Assembly (NCBI RefSeq): GCF_030028105.1
Contig: NC_092374.1
Coordinates: forward strand, 32,621,016 to 32,685,015
DNA: 64,000 nt
Source: Mobula birostris
Taxonomy: Eukaryota
Direction: 5' to 3'
In this document: piece by piece, positions 1 through 11,877 of the stretch
Layout: each line of letters begins with the position of its first letter
How positions within the stretch are numbered: position 1 is the first letter of the stretch
The notes under the pieces: model-generated
What the model was told of the DNA's origin: nothing
Seen by the model: only the letters and a program-made list of their open reading frames with translations
The model's database searches: none
Translations under genes and position numbers: made by a program

Positions 1-560
1 TCTTTTGCTCTTACCCTTGGGTTCTTTTTCAGCAGATTGCATATGGTGTTCTTGGTGTGATCTTTGCAGTATGGCCACTCCTAGGGAGAGTAGCAAGAAT
101 ACAGGATTTCTACCATTTGTAGGCAATTTCTCTTGCTGTGGGCTGAAACACTGCAAAAATGTTTTTGTAACCTTTTGCAGCTTCGTGGAAGGCTACAATT
201 CTTCTAGGGTCATCAAAGTTGTTTTGACGGAAGCACCGTGTGCATAAACAGATTTCTTGAGAAGAGCAGGCTCTGATTCAGTAATGTGACTGTCCTTTTT
301 TTTGGATCAATCCTATCTTGCCCTAAATTTCAAGTCCCCATCAAATATGGTGAATGTCTTCGATGGTGAGTGTCTCCACTTCAACAATCCTGTGATCTGT
401 GTCTTCTATATTTGAACTACCACCCGGATGAAAAATCTCATCGCAATTGGAACACCTGACTCCATATAGTTTTTCGTAGAAGGCATTACCTCAGAGGTTC
501 ACACTTTTTCCAACAAATACGTGTAATAGTGGATCATTTTTCTCAACAAAAACATACTTG
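1..560 (-). mobile_element. Degenerate Tc1/mariner DNA transposon: transposase N-terminal paired domain plus 5' region; its terminal region appears to continue at ~3061-3165 beyond the Gypsy insertion
   Basis: The reverse complement of ~1-225 gives frameshifted Tc1 HTH-like peptides (..IVAFHEAAKGYKNI.., ..AREIAYKW.., ..ATLPRSGHTAKITPR.., ..KKNPRVRAK..). Sequence on both sides of the LTR element resembles a Tc1 inverted-repeat region. Confidence 0.7.
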
Positions 561-848
561 TGTGGCGACCCACTTTCTGGCACATAGGAACCGGCTCACA
601 ACAGCGCGCGCAGGCAGAGGGCCGGCCCCGAAAAGGGCGCCAGACCATCTTCACCAGCAGGGGGAAAATCCCGCGCGCGGGAAGGGCCTGGGAATTACAT
701 TCCCCACAGCAATCCCGCCCAGGGAGGGCGGGAACGGGAAGGCTTTAAAGCGGGCCGCGAAGTTTGAATAAATCTCTTTCATCGCAACTCTAACTCACCG
801 ACTCCGTCCGTGTGGTTATTCTAGCGCTGTGTGTAGCACATCGCTACA
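561..848 (+). repeat. 5' LTR
   Basis: 288 bp, TG...CA ends, contains AATAAA; direct repeat of 2775-3060 (about 14 substitutions and 3 indels by manual count). Confidence 0.95.
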
Positions 849-1550
849 ATTGGTGACCCCGACGGCCCAAACGATATTTGGACCAGAGATGACCGACGCT
901 GCAACTGTTCACGCAGGTTCGTTAAAACTGCCAAGCTTCTGGATGCTGCGACCCCAATTATGGTTCGGACAAGCAGAAGCACAATTCCACATTCGGCAGA
1001 TAACCTCGGAGTCCACTCGCTACTACTACGTGCTGAGCTCACTCGACCAGGAGACTGCTGCACAAGTTGAGGAGTTTATACAGTCGCCCCCGGAGGATGG
1101 CAAATACACAGCATTCAAAGCCCTGCTCATAAGGACTTTCGGACTCTCACGGCGTGAACGAGCACGCCGCTTAATGCACCTGGATGGTTTGGAAGACAGG
1201 CCGCCGTCAGCATTAATGAACGAGATGCTGGCCCTGGCTGAAGGACACAAACCCTGCCTCATGTTTCAGCAGGCGTTCCTAGAGCAACTGCCCGAGGACA
1301 TAAGCCTGCTGCTGTCCGACGCAGATTTCAGCAACCAGGAAAGAGAGAGTGGCATCCGTCGCACAGATCACCAAGCCGCGTGCCCAACGACAGACCAGAC
1401 CAGGCCCGGCAGCAGAGCCTACAAAACCCGGCGACGGGAGTGAGGAGCCCAACGAACAATGGTGTTTCTACCACCAGCGTGGGGCACAGAGGTCCGCCGC
1501 TGCAGACCACCCTGCAAATTCCCGGGAAACGCCAGGGCCAGCCACTGCTG
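829..1550 (+). pseudogene. Gypsy gag, frameshifted near 1335; C-terminal Zn-knuckle-like segment in another frame
   Basis: LKLPSFW...WFGQAEAQF...YYYVLSSLD is typical of this Gypsy clade's gag. WCFYHQR appears in the 1349 frame. Confidence 0.85.
851..864 (+). promoter_or_regulatory. Primer binding site complementary to the tRNA-Trp 3' end
   Basis: TGGTGACCCCGACG lies 2 nt after the 5' LTR and is the reverse complement of the vertebrate tRNA-Trp end ...CGTCGGGGTCACCA. Confidence 0.88.
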
Positions 1551-2424
1551 ATGGCTACAGCGGCTGGCCATCAGGACAGCCTCCTGTACGTCTGGGACAG
1601 GCAGTCGGGACGCCGCTTTTTGGTCGACACCGGAGCGGAGATCAGCGTCTTACCTCCAACGAGTTACGACACCCGCAACAGAGAACTGGGACCCACCCTG
1701 AGGGCCGCTAATGGCAGCACAATACGGACCTATGGCACTCGCACGGTGCGGCTACAGTTCAGCTCCAGCCGGTTCACGTGGGACTTCACACTGGCCGCCG
1801 TGGCCCAACCACTGCTGAGGGCAGATTTTCTACGAGCCCACAGCCTGCTGGTCGACCTGCAAGGGAAGCGATTAGTCCACGCCAAGACTTTTCAAACGTT
1901 CTCCCTGGGTGAAGCACAGTTGCCAGCCCCACACCTGGACTCCATCACGCTGTCCGACGATGAATTCACCAGGGTCCTGGCGGATTTCCCATCAGTACTG
2001 ACACCGCAGTTCACGGCAGCCATGCCCAGACACGGAGTACAGCACCACATCCCCACCCAAGGACCACCCCTCCACGCCCGTGCTCGAAGGCTTCCCCCGG
2101 ACAAGCTCCGACTGGCGAAGGAGGAGTTCAAGAAGATGGAGGAATTAGGGATCATACGACGGTCCGACAGCCCATGGGCCTCCCCCCTTCACATGGTGCC
2201 CAAGGCAACGGGGGGCTGGAGACCATGCGGTGACTACCGCAGACTGAACGAGGCTACAACGCCAGACCGCTACCCTGTGCCGCACATTCAAGACTTCGCA
2301 GCAAACCTACATGGCGCAAGGATCTTTTCCAAGGTAGACCTCGTCCGGGGATACCATCAAATCCCTGTACCTCCGGACAACATCCCCAAAACAGCACTTA
2401 TCACTCCATTCAGACTTTTCGAAT
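1551..2424 (+). pseudogene. Gypsy pol: aspartic protease and N-terminal half of RT, truncated after TPFRLFE
   Basis: [63 protein letters not shown]; no YxDD motif and no RNase H. Confidence 0.9.
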
Positions 2425-2450
2425 TAAACGGTGGTAAAAATTCACCATAT

Positions 2451-2760
2451 CCACTTCACAGCACGGACAGAGCCCGACCTGCGTACCCAAAGACCTGCAG
2501 AACCGTAAGTTTCTTTTTGTACGACGGGGCGGACACCGGGCACCGCTACAGCGGCCCTACGAGGGGCCGTTTAAGGTGACCAGGAACAACGGGTTCACGT
2601 TCGTGCTGGACATTGGGGGGAGAGAGGAGGTATTCATGGTGGACCGACTCAAACCGGCCCATGTGGACTTGGCACAGCCGGTCCAGGCGCAGGGGCAGAC
2701 CTCCCAAACAGAGGCCGATCCAGACTGTGGACATTGGGGGAGGTATCGCCGGTTCTGGCG
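2451..2760 (+). pseudogene. Gypsy integrase C-terminal (GPY/F) fragment
   Basis: ..[40 protein letters not shown], followed by the G-rich PPT at 2760-2771. Confidence 0.85.
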
Positions 2761-2774
2761 GGGGGGGGGGGTTA

Positions 2775-3060
2775 TGTGGCGACCCACTTTCTGGCGCACA
2801 CGAACCGGCTCACAACAGCGCACGCAGGCAGAGGGCCGGCCCCGAAAAGGGAGCCAGGCCATCTTCACCAGCAGGGGGAAAATCCCGTGCGCAGAAAGGG
2901 TCTGGGAATATACATTCCCCACAGCAGTCCCGCCCCAGGGAGGGCGGGAACGGGAAGGCTTTAAAACGGGCCGCGAAGTTTGAATAAATCTCTTTCATCG
3001 CAACTCTAACTCACCGACTTCGTGTGGTTATTCTAGCGCTGTGTGTAACACATCGCTACA
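2775..3060 (+). repeat. 3' LTR
   Basis: 286-bp copy of 561-848, preceded by a polypurine tract and followed by the TSD CTTG. Confidence 0.95.
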
Positions 3061-3335
3061 CTTGTTTATTTATTATTTGAGTTCTCTATCTAGTTTTAGG
3101 ACTTGCGTGAGATCACAGTGGGTCATATTTATGCGAAAATCGAATTCTGCACCGTTCGCAAACTGTCAGACGAACTGGTAGAGGCAGCTACAATTACACC
3201 ATTTGAAAGGCATTCGGACGGATTCCGGGATAAGAAGAGTTTTGATAGATGTGGGCCAAATGCTCGCTTCAGAAAGCGGCTTGGGCGAGTTGGGCCGGAG
3301 CGCCTGATTCCATCCTGGATCACTGTTTTACGCTT

Positions 3336-3378
3336 GTGCTAGGCAACTCCCAATTAAATCCCAACGCTACTTAGCAAC
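3336..3378. promoter_or_regulatory. Two RFX X-box-like motifs upstream of the CARD gene
   Basis: GTGCTAGGCAAC (3336-3347) and GCTACTTAGCAAC (3366-3378) resemble GTTGCCTAGCAAC; about 200 bp upstream of the ATG. Confidence 0.4.
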
Positions 3379-3570
3379 CTAATGAAACACATGCCGAAAT
3401 TTGAGCTTACCTTTGATAAATGTTGGAAATCCGGTTCACTTGATTGAAACGTTTGTAAATTGCGTTTCCTCGGATGGACTTCCAGACCTTTAGATTTAGG
3501 ATTAAACACGGCTGAGGACATGGTATCAGGACTTCACTAAACGCCAAGTATCGACAGTAATCTGCAAGCG

Positions 3571-3631
3571 ATGTCTCGACCGTTCGGCAATCGGAAGAAG
3601 AAGGTGACATTTGGGGAGCAACTAACTTACC
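3571..3631 (+). CDS. CARD-CC gene exon 1 (MSRPFGNRKKKVTFGEQLTY)
   Basis: ATG in gcgATG context; donor C|gtgagt; phase 1 matches exon 2. Confidence 0.7.
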
Positions 3632-6600
3632 GTGAGTTACTACACATCTAATGCTGGCGTGGATACAGGTGATGGGACTGTTTGTTTCCCAGTGCACTTT
3701 TCTTTTAACTCTAGTAGCGCGCTGAATTTTCTTTTAAGATCTGATGGCAATGACAAAATTCGTACCCCCTCCCCCCACCCAATTGCAGTATTTTACAATC
3801 CTCAAATCCATCAACAGGTCAGACCACGGCAGAAAGCGCTCATCGCCATCGCAGTGTGATTCGGTCTCACTTCGTTTTCCTTCTCAAAGAGCTGAAGTTA
3901 TCTTCTCCCTTTTACCGGGCTTTGAAGGAGAAGGATGTCTTAACCACCGAGCAAGTGGGACAGATTGAGGTAAGGTTGTATTGCATTTTATTTGTTCCGT
4001 TGAACTTTGCATCCTTTGAGTCGCGAACAGTTCTCGGCCAATAGACAAGCAGACGCCGCTCTACAGATTATCCTCAATTTCCTGTACAGGTGTACATCCT
4101 CATTGACTCTGCAGGGAACCCCAGGTCCTAGCAAATGCACCCCCTTGTTTTACATCTGTTATTCTCTGTAGCTTAACAATATTTCCTGCTTGCAAATAAT
4201 TTTCATGACCTCGTTGCTTTGTTTTTATTTTACACTGTATTTTGTGACAAATAATCGTTCAGTTAAAAAAATGTTGCAAGTACAGTACTGAGCTCGGTTA
4301 TTTTACAGCAACGATTACCGGGGCGATAGTAAAGTAAGAACGGGTTGGATTCTGATGTGAGCTCTAGCTCTATAACAGCCCGCAATCATAAGTTATTCTG
4401 GGTACATTGAAATAAGGAAACTCATCTCCTTGAACTGGCAGCTTTTCGGAATCTTCTACAAATAAGATCCATCACCGATAATGCATAATTAGTTTATGAA
4501 ATCTTCTCCCCATTCCTAATAGAACATCATTAAAAAAAAATGAACTCTATTGTATTGGAAACAGAAAGTGCTGAAAATAGACATAATTTGTAGCCAGTTA
4601 ATGTTTGAAACCTAACTGAACGGATATGACTCAGAGGTAATATTATTTTCTAACCCCTTTACATATGGTGGCGGTCCCTGACATATTTCGGGGAAAATAT
4701 CAATGTTATTTGAAGTTATAACCCTCTCACTAGATAAGTACATGAATAAGACCTCAACCAATATCAGAAAGGAGAACTTTTTTTTACACAAATTCTCACA
4801 CTAGTGACAGGTGCTATCATTTTAGCAACCTTAGATGTCCAGTTAGAAACTGTGGACTGAATATTATGAAGTTAGTTTGGGAGGATAAATGTTTCTCCAG
4901 AATGGCAACAAATGGGCACAATAGTACAGGATTTTTTATTTTTAGGGGGATATGGGCATCACTGGAAGAACCAGCATTTATTGCCCTGGAGAAGGTGGTG
5001 CTGAGCTGCTGCCTCGAAGCACTGCAGTCCTTCGGGTGAAAATGCTCCCATAGTGCTGATGGACAGGTGTCCAAGATTCATACCCTATAATGATGAAGGA
5101 TCAATAACATTTCAAAATCAGGGTGGTGTGAGGCTTGGAGGGGAATCTGCAGGTGGCGGTTTTAACTTCTGCCTGGTTGTCTTAATAGTAGAGATCATGG
5201 ATTGGGAGTTGCTACTGGGGGAGCACATGCTGTAGATATTAATGCCTCAGTTGTGGAAATGAACATCTAGGTGGTGAACGGGGTGCCAATTGAGGAAGTT
5301 GCTCTGTCCTGGGTGACATCAAGTGACTGGGATTTTGTTGGAGCCACAATTATCTGGCTAAGTGGAGAGTATGTAATCATTCTCATAATTGTGCCTTAAG
5401 GAGTGTGGGAAGGCTTTGTGGTGTTAGGAGGTGAGTCAGTCACCTCAGGATATTCAGTCTCCGACCCACTCTTGTAGCTGCTGTTGTAAGTGTCTGTTTA
5501 GTTGAACTTCAGGATCTGTTGCTGGGGCAATTATAATGACACTGAATTGAAAGGGAATAGGTTGTGACTCTCTTTTTGGAGATGGTCATTGCTCAACCCT
5601 ACCTTAAAGTTCATTCAGTCCTGTTGTAGGCAGGGAGGCTTTGTCTACTGAGGAATTGGCAATGGAAATGAATGTGGTACAATCCTCAGGAATTATCATA
5701 CTTATGTCACACTATAGCCCTAATAATGGAAGGAAGATAATTGATTAACTAGTTGAATATACTCTTGAATGGTTCTGGGACTGAGGTGGATGATTTCCCA
5801 AAGCCATTTTCATTTGTGTGACGCATGGTCTAACCATTACAACATATTTTGCCCTGTAGCCCATTGACTTCAGCATTAACAAGCTCCTCGATGCAAATGC
5901 TGCTTTGATTGTGCAGGGCAGTTACTCTCTTCTGTAGAATTTAGTTCGCAAGTTCATGTTGGAACCAATGCTATGGTAAGATCTGGAGCGAGATGAACTG
6001 GGTGAAACATGACTTGGATATCAGTAATTAGGTTTTTCATGCTGCTAGATTCTAAAGCTATAATTTGTACCCTAAAGCTTCTCTTAATTGGGAATGAGAT
6101 GCCAATTTTTCAGGTCTTCATAGCTTTGGAGCTTTTTTGCTCCTCTGAGATCATTGATTTGCAATTATGAAGCAGCAAAATTCAAGTGATTAGCTGCAAG
6201 AAAAGACTTGGGACAGACAACTGTTGTCATTCATTCTGTATTTCCTTACATCAGAAGTTATTGTGTAATGTACAACTGGAAATATAATAAACATGGCTTT
6301 AAAGTAAAACTTAAGAAGTCAAACAAATTAAAACTGTTAATTGGTGCTCTGTGCAGTTAGAGAGCTTGCCAGAACTGAAGGTGGCCAAACTTCTCGAGAT
6401 TGTTAGAAATGCTGATAGCCACGTGTTCAAGTCATTTTGTGGTGTTCTTGGTGAGATGGGATACTGGTACCTAGCGCAGACTCTTCGAACAGCCACTGAA
6501 GAAAAAGAATGGACGTCTTCTACAGGTAAAGGACAAAATGAAGTGAAATGGATTCTTCAAATTTTGGTGTGACTAAAATTCAAAAATATTTTGTCCTAAT

Positions 6601-9600
6601 AATCTTTTAAGTCTTATTGCTTTCCTAAACAGAATATGCCTTGCACCAGTGAATTTTAACTTACAATTATTTTGGGTATGTTTTATTTTGGGTATGTTTT
6701 ATTTTTATAAATCCTTTTTACTGTTTTTCAGAATAAGATCAACAATATAACTAACTGTAAAAATTCTTCTTTCTACCCACTGCACCACTTAATCTGTTTT
6801 TGTTATTTTGGATAAGTTTTTCAATGCCAGTGGATAATTAAAATCAAGTTGTCAAGATTCAACACACCCACATAGTTAAAGTTAAGATTTTTTAAATACT
6901 TAAAATCACACACTCTTCATGTCTTTCTAAATAAAGTTCAAGGAGTTAGCCTACTTTTGAACAACTAAAATATTACACCTAACTCCTTTCTTATGTGCCT
7001 GTACTCTCAACATTTTTTGTTTTCATTTTGTACAGGAAGTTAATTGAAGTTTACAAACCATTAGCACCTCCACAATTGTTTCTGTAAATATAAAATGGCA
7101 GACTTGCACAAAATGGCAGACTTCCACTAGCTTCAGACTTTGAGTTAAGCAGCTCCTCTGCTTGCCTGAACTTCTCTCCTTGTTTTGCTCTGTTTTTAAG
7201 TTTTTTTAAATTTGTAAGCTACATCACCTATCCAACAGTCTATTAATTTTTTGTCTGTGTGGAATCAAGGTGGCTCCAGGTCAACACAGCCAACACTGGG
7301 AGACTGGAAATCAGCGAAGCTCCATCATCCAATCCTTGAGCCAGGTAGGTTATCCAAAGCTTTAGAAAATTATATTGTTGGACTCAACAGTGAACCTTGA
7401 GACTGTAAGTCTCGTGGGAGTAGGATCTGCCTGAAGGTGAGGTTGGAACTACTTTTCCTTAAGTGTTGGGTTAGGGTCAGTGAGACAAACTCCTGAGAGA
7501 TTAGTTCTGCCCGAGTGACAGCTGGCTATATTACATCATAGGTAGTGTCCAACAGTCTCATCTTAGAATGGAGGAAGGTGCTATGTTTTAGACTAAAAAG
7601 CTATTATTACAATTCTCATGAAGGGGACATGGCATATAACCTTGAAAGAATACTAACTAGAATGTTAAACCTGATCTTTTCCATTTTATACCAGGAAAAA
7701 GTAATCAATACATTAGGAATAGAAATTATATTGGTCAGCAATGTAAATAGTGAGATTGCATCTGTAGTGGTTTAAACAATCAGAAGAGTAAAAAATAATA
7801 TGCTTTTACATTTAATGTCTGATTTTTAAATAGGCCTATATACAAGGACACCCCAAGTTATGAATGACCTGACTTACAGAAATACAAATTCTGCAAATTC
7901 TCATAGATTTTTCAAGCTAGTAATAATAATGATAAAATATTCTACCTTAATTCATCAATGACAGGATATGGTATATATTCCATTTGTTTAACTGAGTAGT
8001 ATAGCAAGTGTAATTAATAACAATATGGGTTCCCATGGAAAACTAATCTTCCTAATTTACAGAAAAATGGCTTGTGGACAATTCTCGGGAATGAAACCCA
8101 TATGTGTTCTGGGGACTGTATTGGATTTGTGCCTACGTTTCTAGATTTGAAATTTCTATGTTATAAAATTATAAACTTCTGATGCTCCTTTTGTATGATA
8201 ATTAACAACGAAATAAATCAGAATCTGAAGCATATAATTTTATGAAAGTTTATGATACAATGGGGGGATGTTTGGCCCTAGCCCTATCAGGCAATGGCAT
8301 CAATTTCACTCCTACTTATAATTCTCTGTAATCGACTCTTTGTCCAACAATTCCCATTCAGTTCTCCTGCTACCACCTGCATGAGGGATAATGTATAGAA
8401 GTTAACTAACTTATCAGTCTGCTTGTGGGATGTGGGAGGAGACGAGGGAGAAATCCAGGCAGCTATAGGGAGAATGCTGAGGGGAAAAATGTTAACTGAT
8501 TTTATTTACACTATTTCTCCACAACTATTTGCACATGAGTTTGCTGACTTTGTATTAAATACTTCATTTTACCTTGTAGGATGTATGTCTATATACCATA
8601 AGCAGCACCTGAAAGAAAACTTTCTGCTTTCCAAAGAAGCCAATAAAAATCTAAAAGAAGACAACCTGGAGTTGGGTCAAAAGGTGGGACTTATGAGGGA
8701 AGAATATTTACAAAGGTAAATCAAAAATAAGTTATTTTCAAAATATCAAAGTAAAGGACTTAACAATAGGATACACAAGTGATAGGACTAATGATGGGGC
8801 AGTTGGTATACAAGAAATGTAGTGAGATTGTGAGGAAGAACAGGCAGTTGATAGGGAAAAGTTGCAGTTAGTGGGATGAGTTGAAGTGTAACATGGCACA
8901 AACTCAAAGGGTGAGAATACAGGACTACAAATGTTATATCTGAATGCACGCCATATACACAATAGGATAGATTATCTTGCAGCACAGTTAGAGATTTGCA
9001 GGTATGATATTGTGGGCATCAATGAGACATGGCTAAAAAATCATAGTTAGGCATTTAACATCCAAGGACACACCTTGTATTGAACAGACAGGCAGGTAGG
9101 CGGGACGTGGGTGTGGCTCTGTTGGTAATAACAAGTAAATCAAATCCTTAGAAAGAGGTGACATAGGATCGGAAGATTCCAACCTTGCAGGTAGAGTTAA
9201 GAAACTGCAAGGGTAAAACAACTCTAATGGGAATTGTATACAGAACCCCAAACAGTAGCCAGAATGAAGGATATAAATTTCAACATGAAATAGAAAAGGC
9301 ATGTAATAAGGGCAATGTTATGACTGTCATGGGGGATTTCAATATGCAGGTAGATAAGGAAAATTAGGTTGGTGCTGGATACCAAAAGAAGGAATTTGTA
9401 TAATTCCTACAAGATTTTTTTTTTTTTTTTTAACTGCTTGTGTTTGACCCCACTAGGGGAATGGCAATTCTGGATTGGGTATTGTGTAATGAACCAGATT
9501 TGATTAGGGAGTTTAAGGTAAAGGGACTCTTAGGAGACAGTGATAATAATATGATAGAATTGACCCCGCAGTTTGAGAGGGAGAAGATAAAGTCAGATAT

Positions 9601-11794
9601 ATTGATATTACAGTGAAGTCAAGGGCTTTAGAGGCATGAGAGAGGATACAGTATAGCCAAACTGATTGGCAGGAATGATAGCTGAACAGCAATGACTGGA
9701 GTTTCTGGGGGTAATTCAGAAAGCACAGATAGATACTATATGTCCCAAGGATGAAGTATTCTAAAGGGGCAATGAGGCAACTGTGGCTAACAAGGAAAGT
9801 CAAAGACAACATAAAAGGAAAAGAGGGCATATAATATAGCAAAAACTAGTGGGAAGTTAGAGGATTGGGAAGCTTTAAAATCCAACAGAAAGCAACCAAA
9901 AGACTATAAGGAGAGAAAAAGTAAAATATGAAGGTAAATGGCCAAAAAACACTAAAGAGGATAACTAAAGTTTTTTCAGATAGACTGTATACGTAAAAGA
10001 AACATGAACGGATATTAAACTGCTGGAAAATGATGCTGGAGTTGTAGTAATAGTGGACAAAGAAATGGCAGACTGACTTAATAAATATTTTGTGTCAGTC
10101 TTCACTGTGGAAGACACTAGCAGAATGCCAGAAATTCTAGAGAGTCAGGAGGCAAAAGTGACTGTAATTGCTATTACTAAGGAGAAGGTACTTGGGAATC
10201 TGAAAGGTCTGAAGGTAGGTAAGTCACATGGACCAGATGGACTACACTCCAGATTTCTGAAGGGGGTAACTGAAGAGATTGTGGAGGCATTAGTAATGAT
10301 CTTTCAAGAATCACTAGGTTCTGGTATGGTTCTGGAGGACTGGAAATTTGCAAATGTCACTCCATTCTTTAAGAAGGGAGGGTGGAAAAAAGAAAACTAT
10401 AGGCCAGTTGGCCTGACCTCAGTGGTTGGGAAGATGTTGGAATCCAGTATTAAGGATGAGGTTTCAGGATACTTGGAGGCACATGATAAAATGGGTGAAA
10501 TACAGTATGATTTCCTTAAGGAAAAATCTTGCCTGACAAATCTGTTGGAATTCTTTGAGGAAATAACAGGCGGGATAGACAAAGAAGAGTCAGTGGATAT
10601 TGTTTACTTGGATCTTCAGAAGGCTTTTGACAGGATGCTGCACGGGAGACTGCTTAACAAGATAAGAACCTATGGTGGTACAGGGAAGATACTATCATGG
10701 ACAGAAGATTGGCTGACTGGCAGGAGGCAAGGAGTTGGAACAAAGGAGGCCTGTTCTGGTTGACTGCTGAGGACAAGTGATATTCTGCAGGGGTCGGTAT
10801 TGGAACCACTTTTCGTTTTGTGCTGTATGTCAACGACTTGGATCTTGGAATTGATGGCTTTGTGGCCATGTTTGCAGATGACACAAAGATCTGTGGAAGG
10901 GCAGGTAGCTTTGAGGAAGCAGGGAGTCTGCAGAAGGACTTGGACATATTGGGAGAATAGGCTAGGAAGTAGCAGATGGAATATAGTGCAGAAAAATGTA
11001 TAGCCATGCACTTTGGTAGAAGGAATAAAGGTATAGAGTATTTTCTAAATGGGGAAAAAATTCAAAACACAGATGCAAAGGAGTGGGAGTCCTTTTGCAG
11101 GATTCCCTAAAAGATAACTTGCAGGTTGAACCAGTAGTAAGGAAGAAAAATGCAATGTTAGCATTCATTTCGAGAGGTCTAGAATACAAGAGTAAGGATG
11201 TGATGCTGAGGCTTTATAATGCTTGGTCAGACTGCACTTGGAGTATTGTAAGCAGCTTTGGGCCCTTTATTTAAGAAAAGATGTGTTGCCGTTGGGTCCA
11301 GGGGAGAGTGATTCTGAAAATGGAAGGGTTAAGACTGAGGAGCATTTGATGACTCTGGACCTGTACTCAGTGGAGTTTAGAAGAATGAGAGGGGTCCCAT
11401 TGAAGCCTATTAAATATTGAAAGGCCTATACAGTGGATGTGGAGAGCATGTTTCCTATAGTGGGTGAGTATAGGACCAGAAGGCACAGTCTCAATAGAGG
11501 GTCATCCATTTTGAACAGAGATGAGAAGGAATTTCTTTAGCCAGTGGCTGGTGAATCTGTGGAATTAATTGCTCCAGACAATTGTGGAGGCCAAGGCAAT
11601 GAGTATATTTAAAGCAGAGGTTGAAAGGCTCTTGGTTAGTTGAGGTGTCAAAGGCAGGAGAATGGGGTTGAGAAGGGTGATAAATCAGCATGATGGAATG
11701 GCAGAGCAGACCCAATGGTCAGATTAGTGTAATTCTGCTCCTATATCTAATGGTCTAAGTTTAACGACACGAGCTAGAAGGTACAAGCAGATAG

Positions 11795-11877
<83 letters not shown>

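Larger units (their letters stand above)
561..3060 (+). mobile_element. Ty3/Gypsy LTR retrotransposon, internally deleted (gag, protease, N-terminal RT, C-terminal integrase)
   Basis: Two LTRs with TGTGGCGA...TCGCTACA ends; 4-bp TSD CTTG (557-560 and 3061-3064); PBS and PPT present; gag, protease (LVDTGA), RT and integrase GPY/F motifs in Gypsy order. Confidence 0.96.

Noticed and set aside
3789-3817. Upstream acceptor ttgcag|TA for CARD exon 2
   Set aside because: It shifts into the frame ending at TGA 3859 and loses the CARD.
7840-8120. Possible Tigger-like MITE
   Set aside because: Terminal inverted repeats are too degenerate to support by eye.
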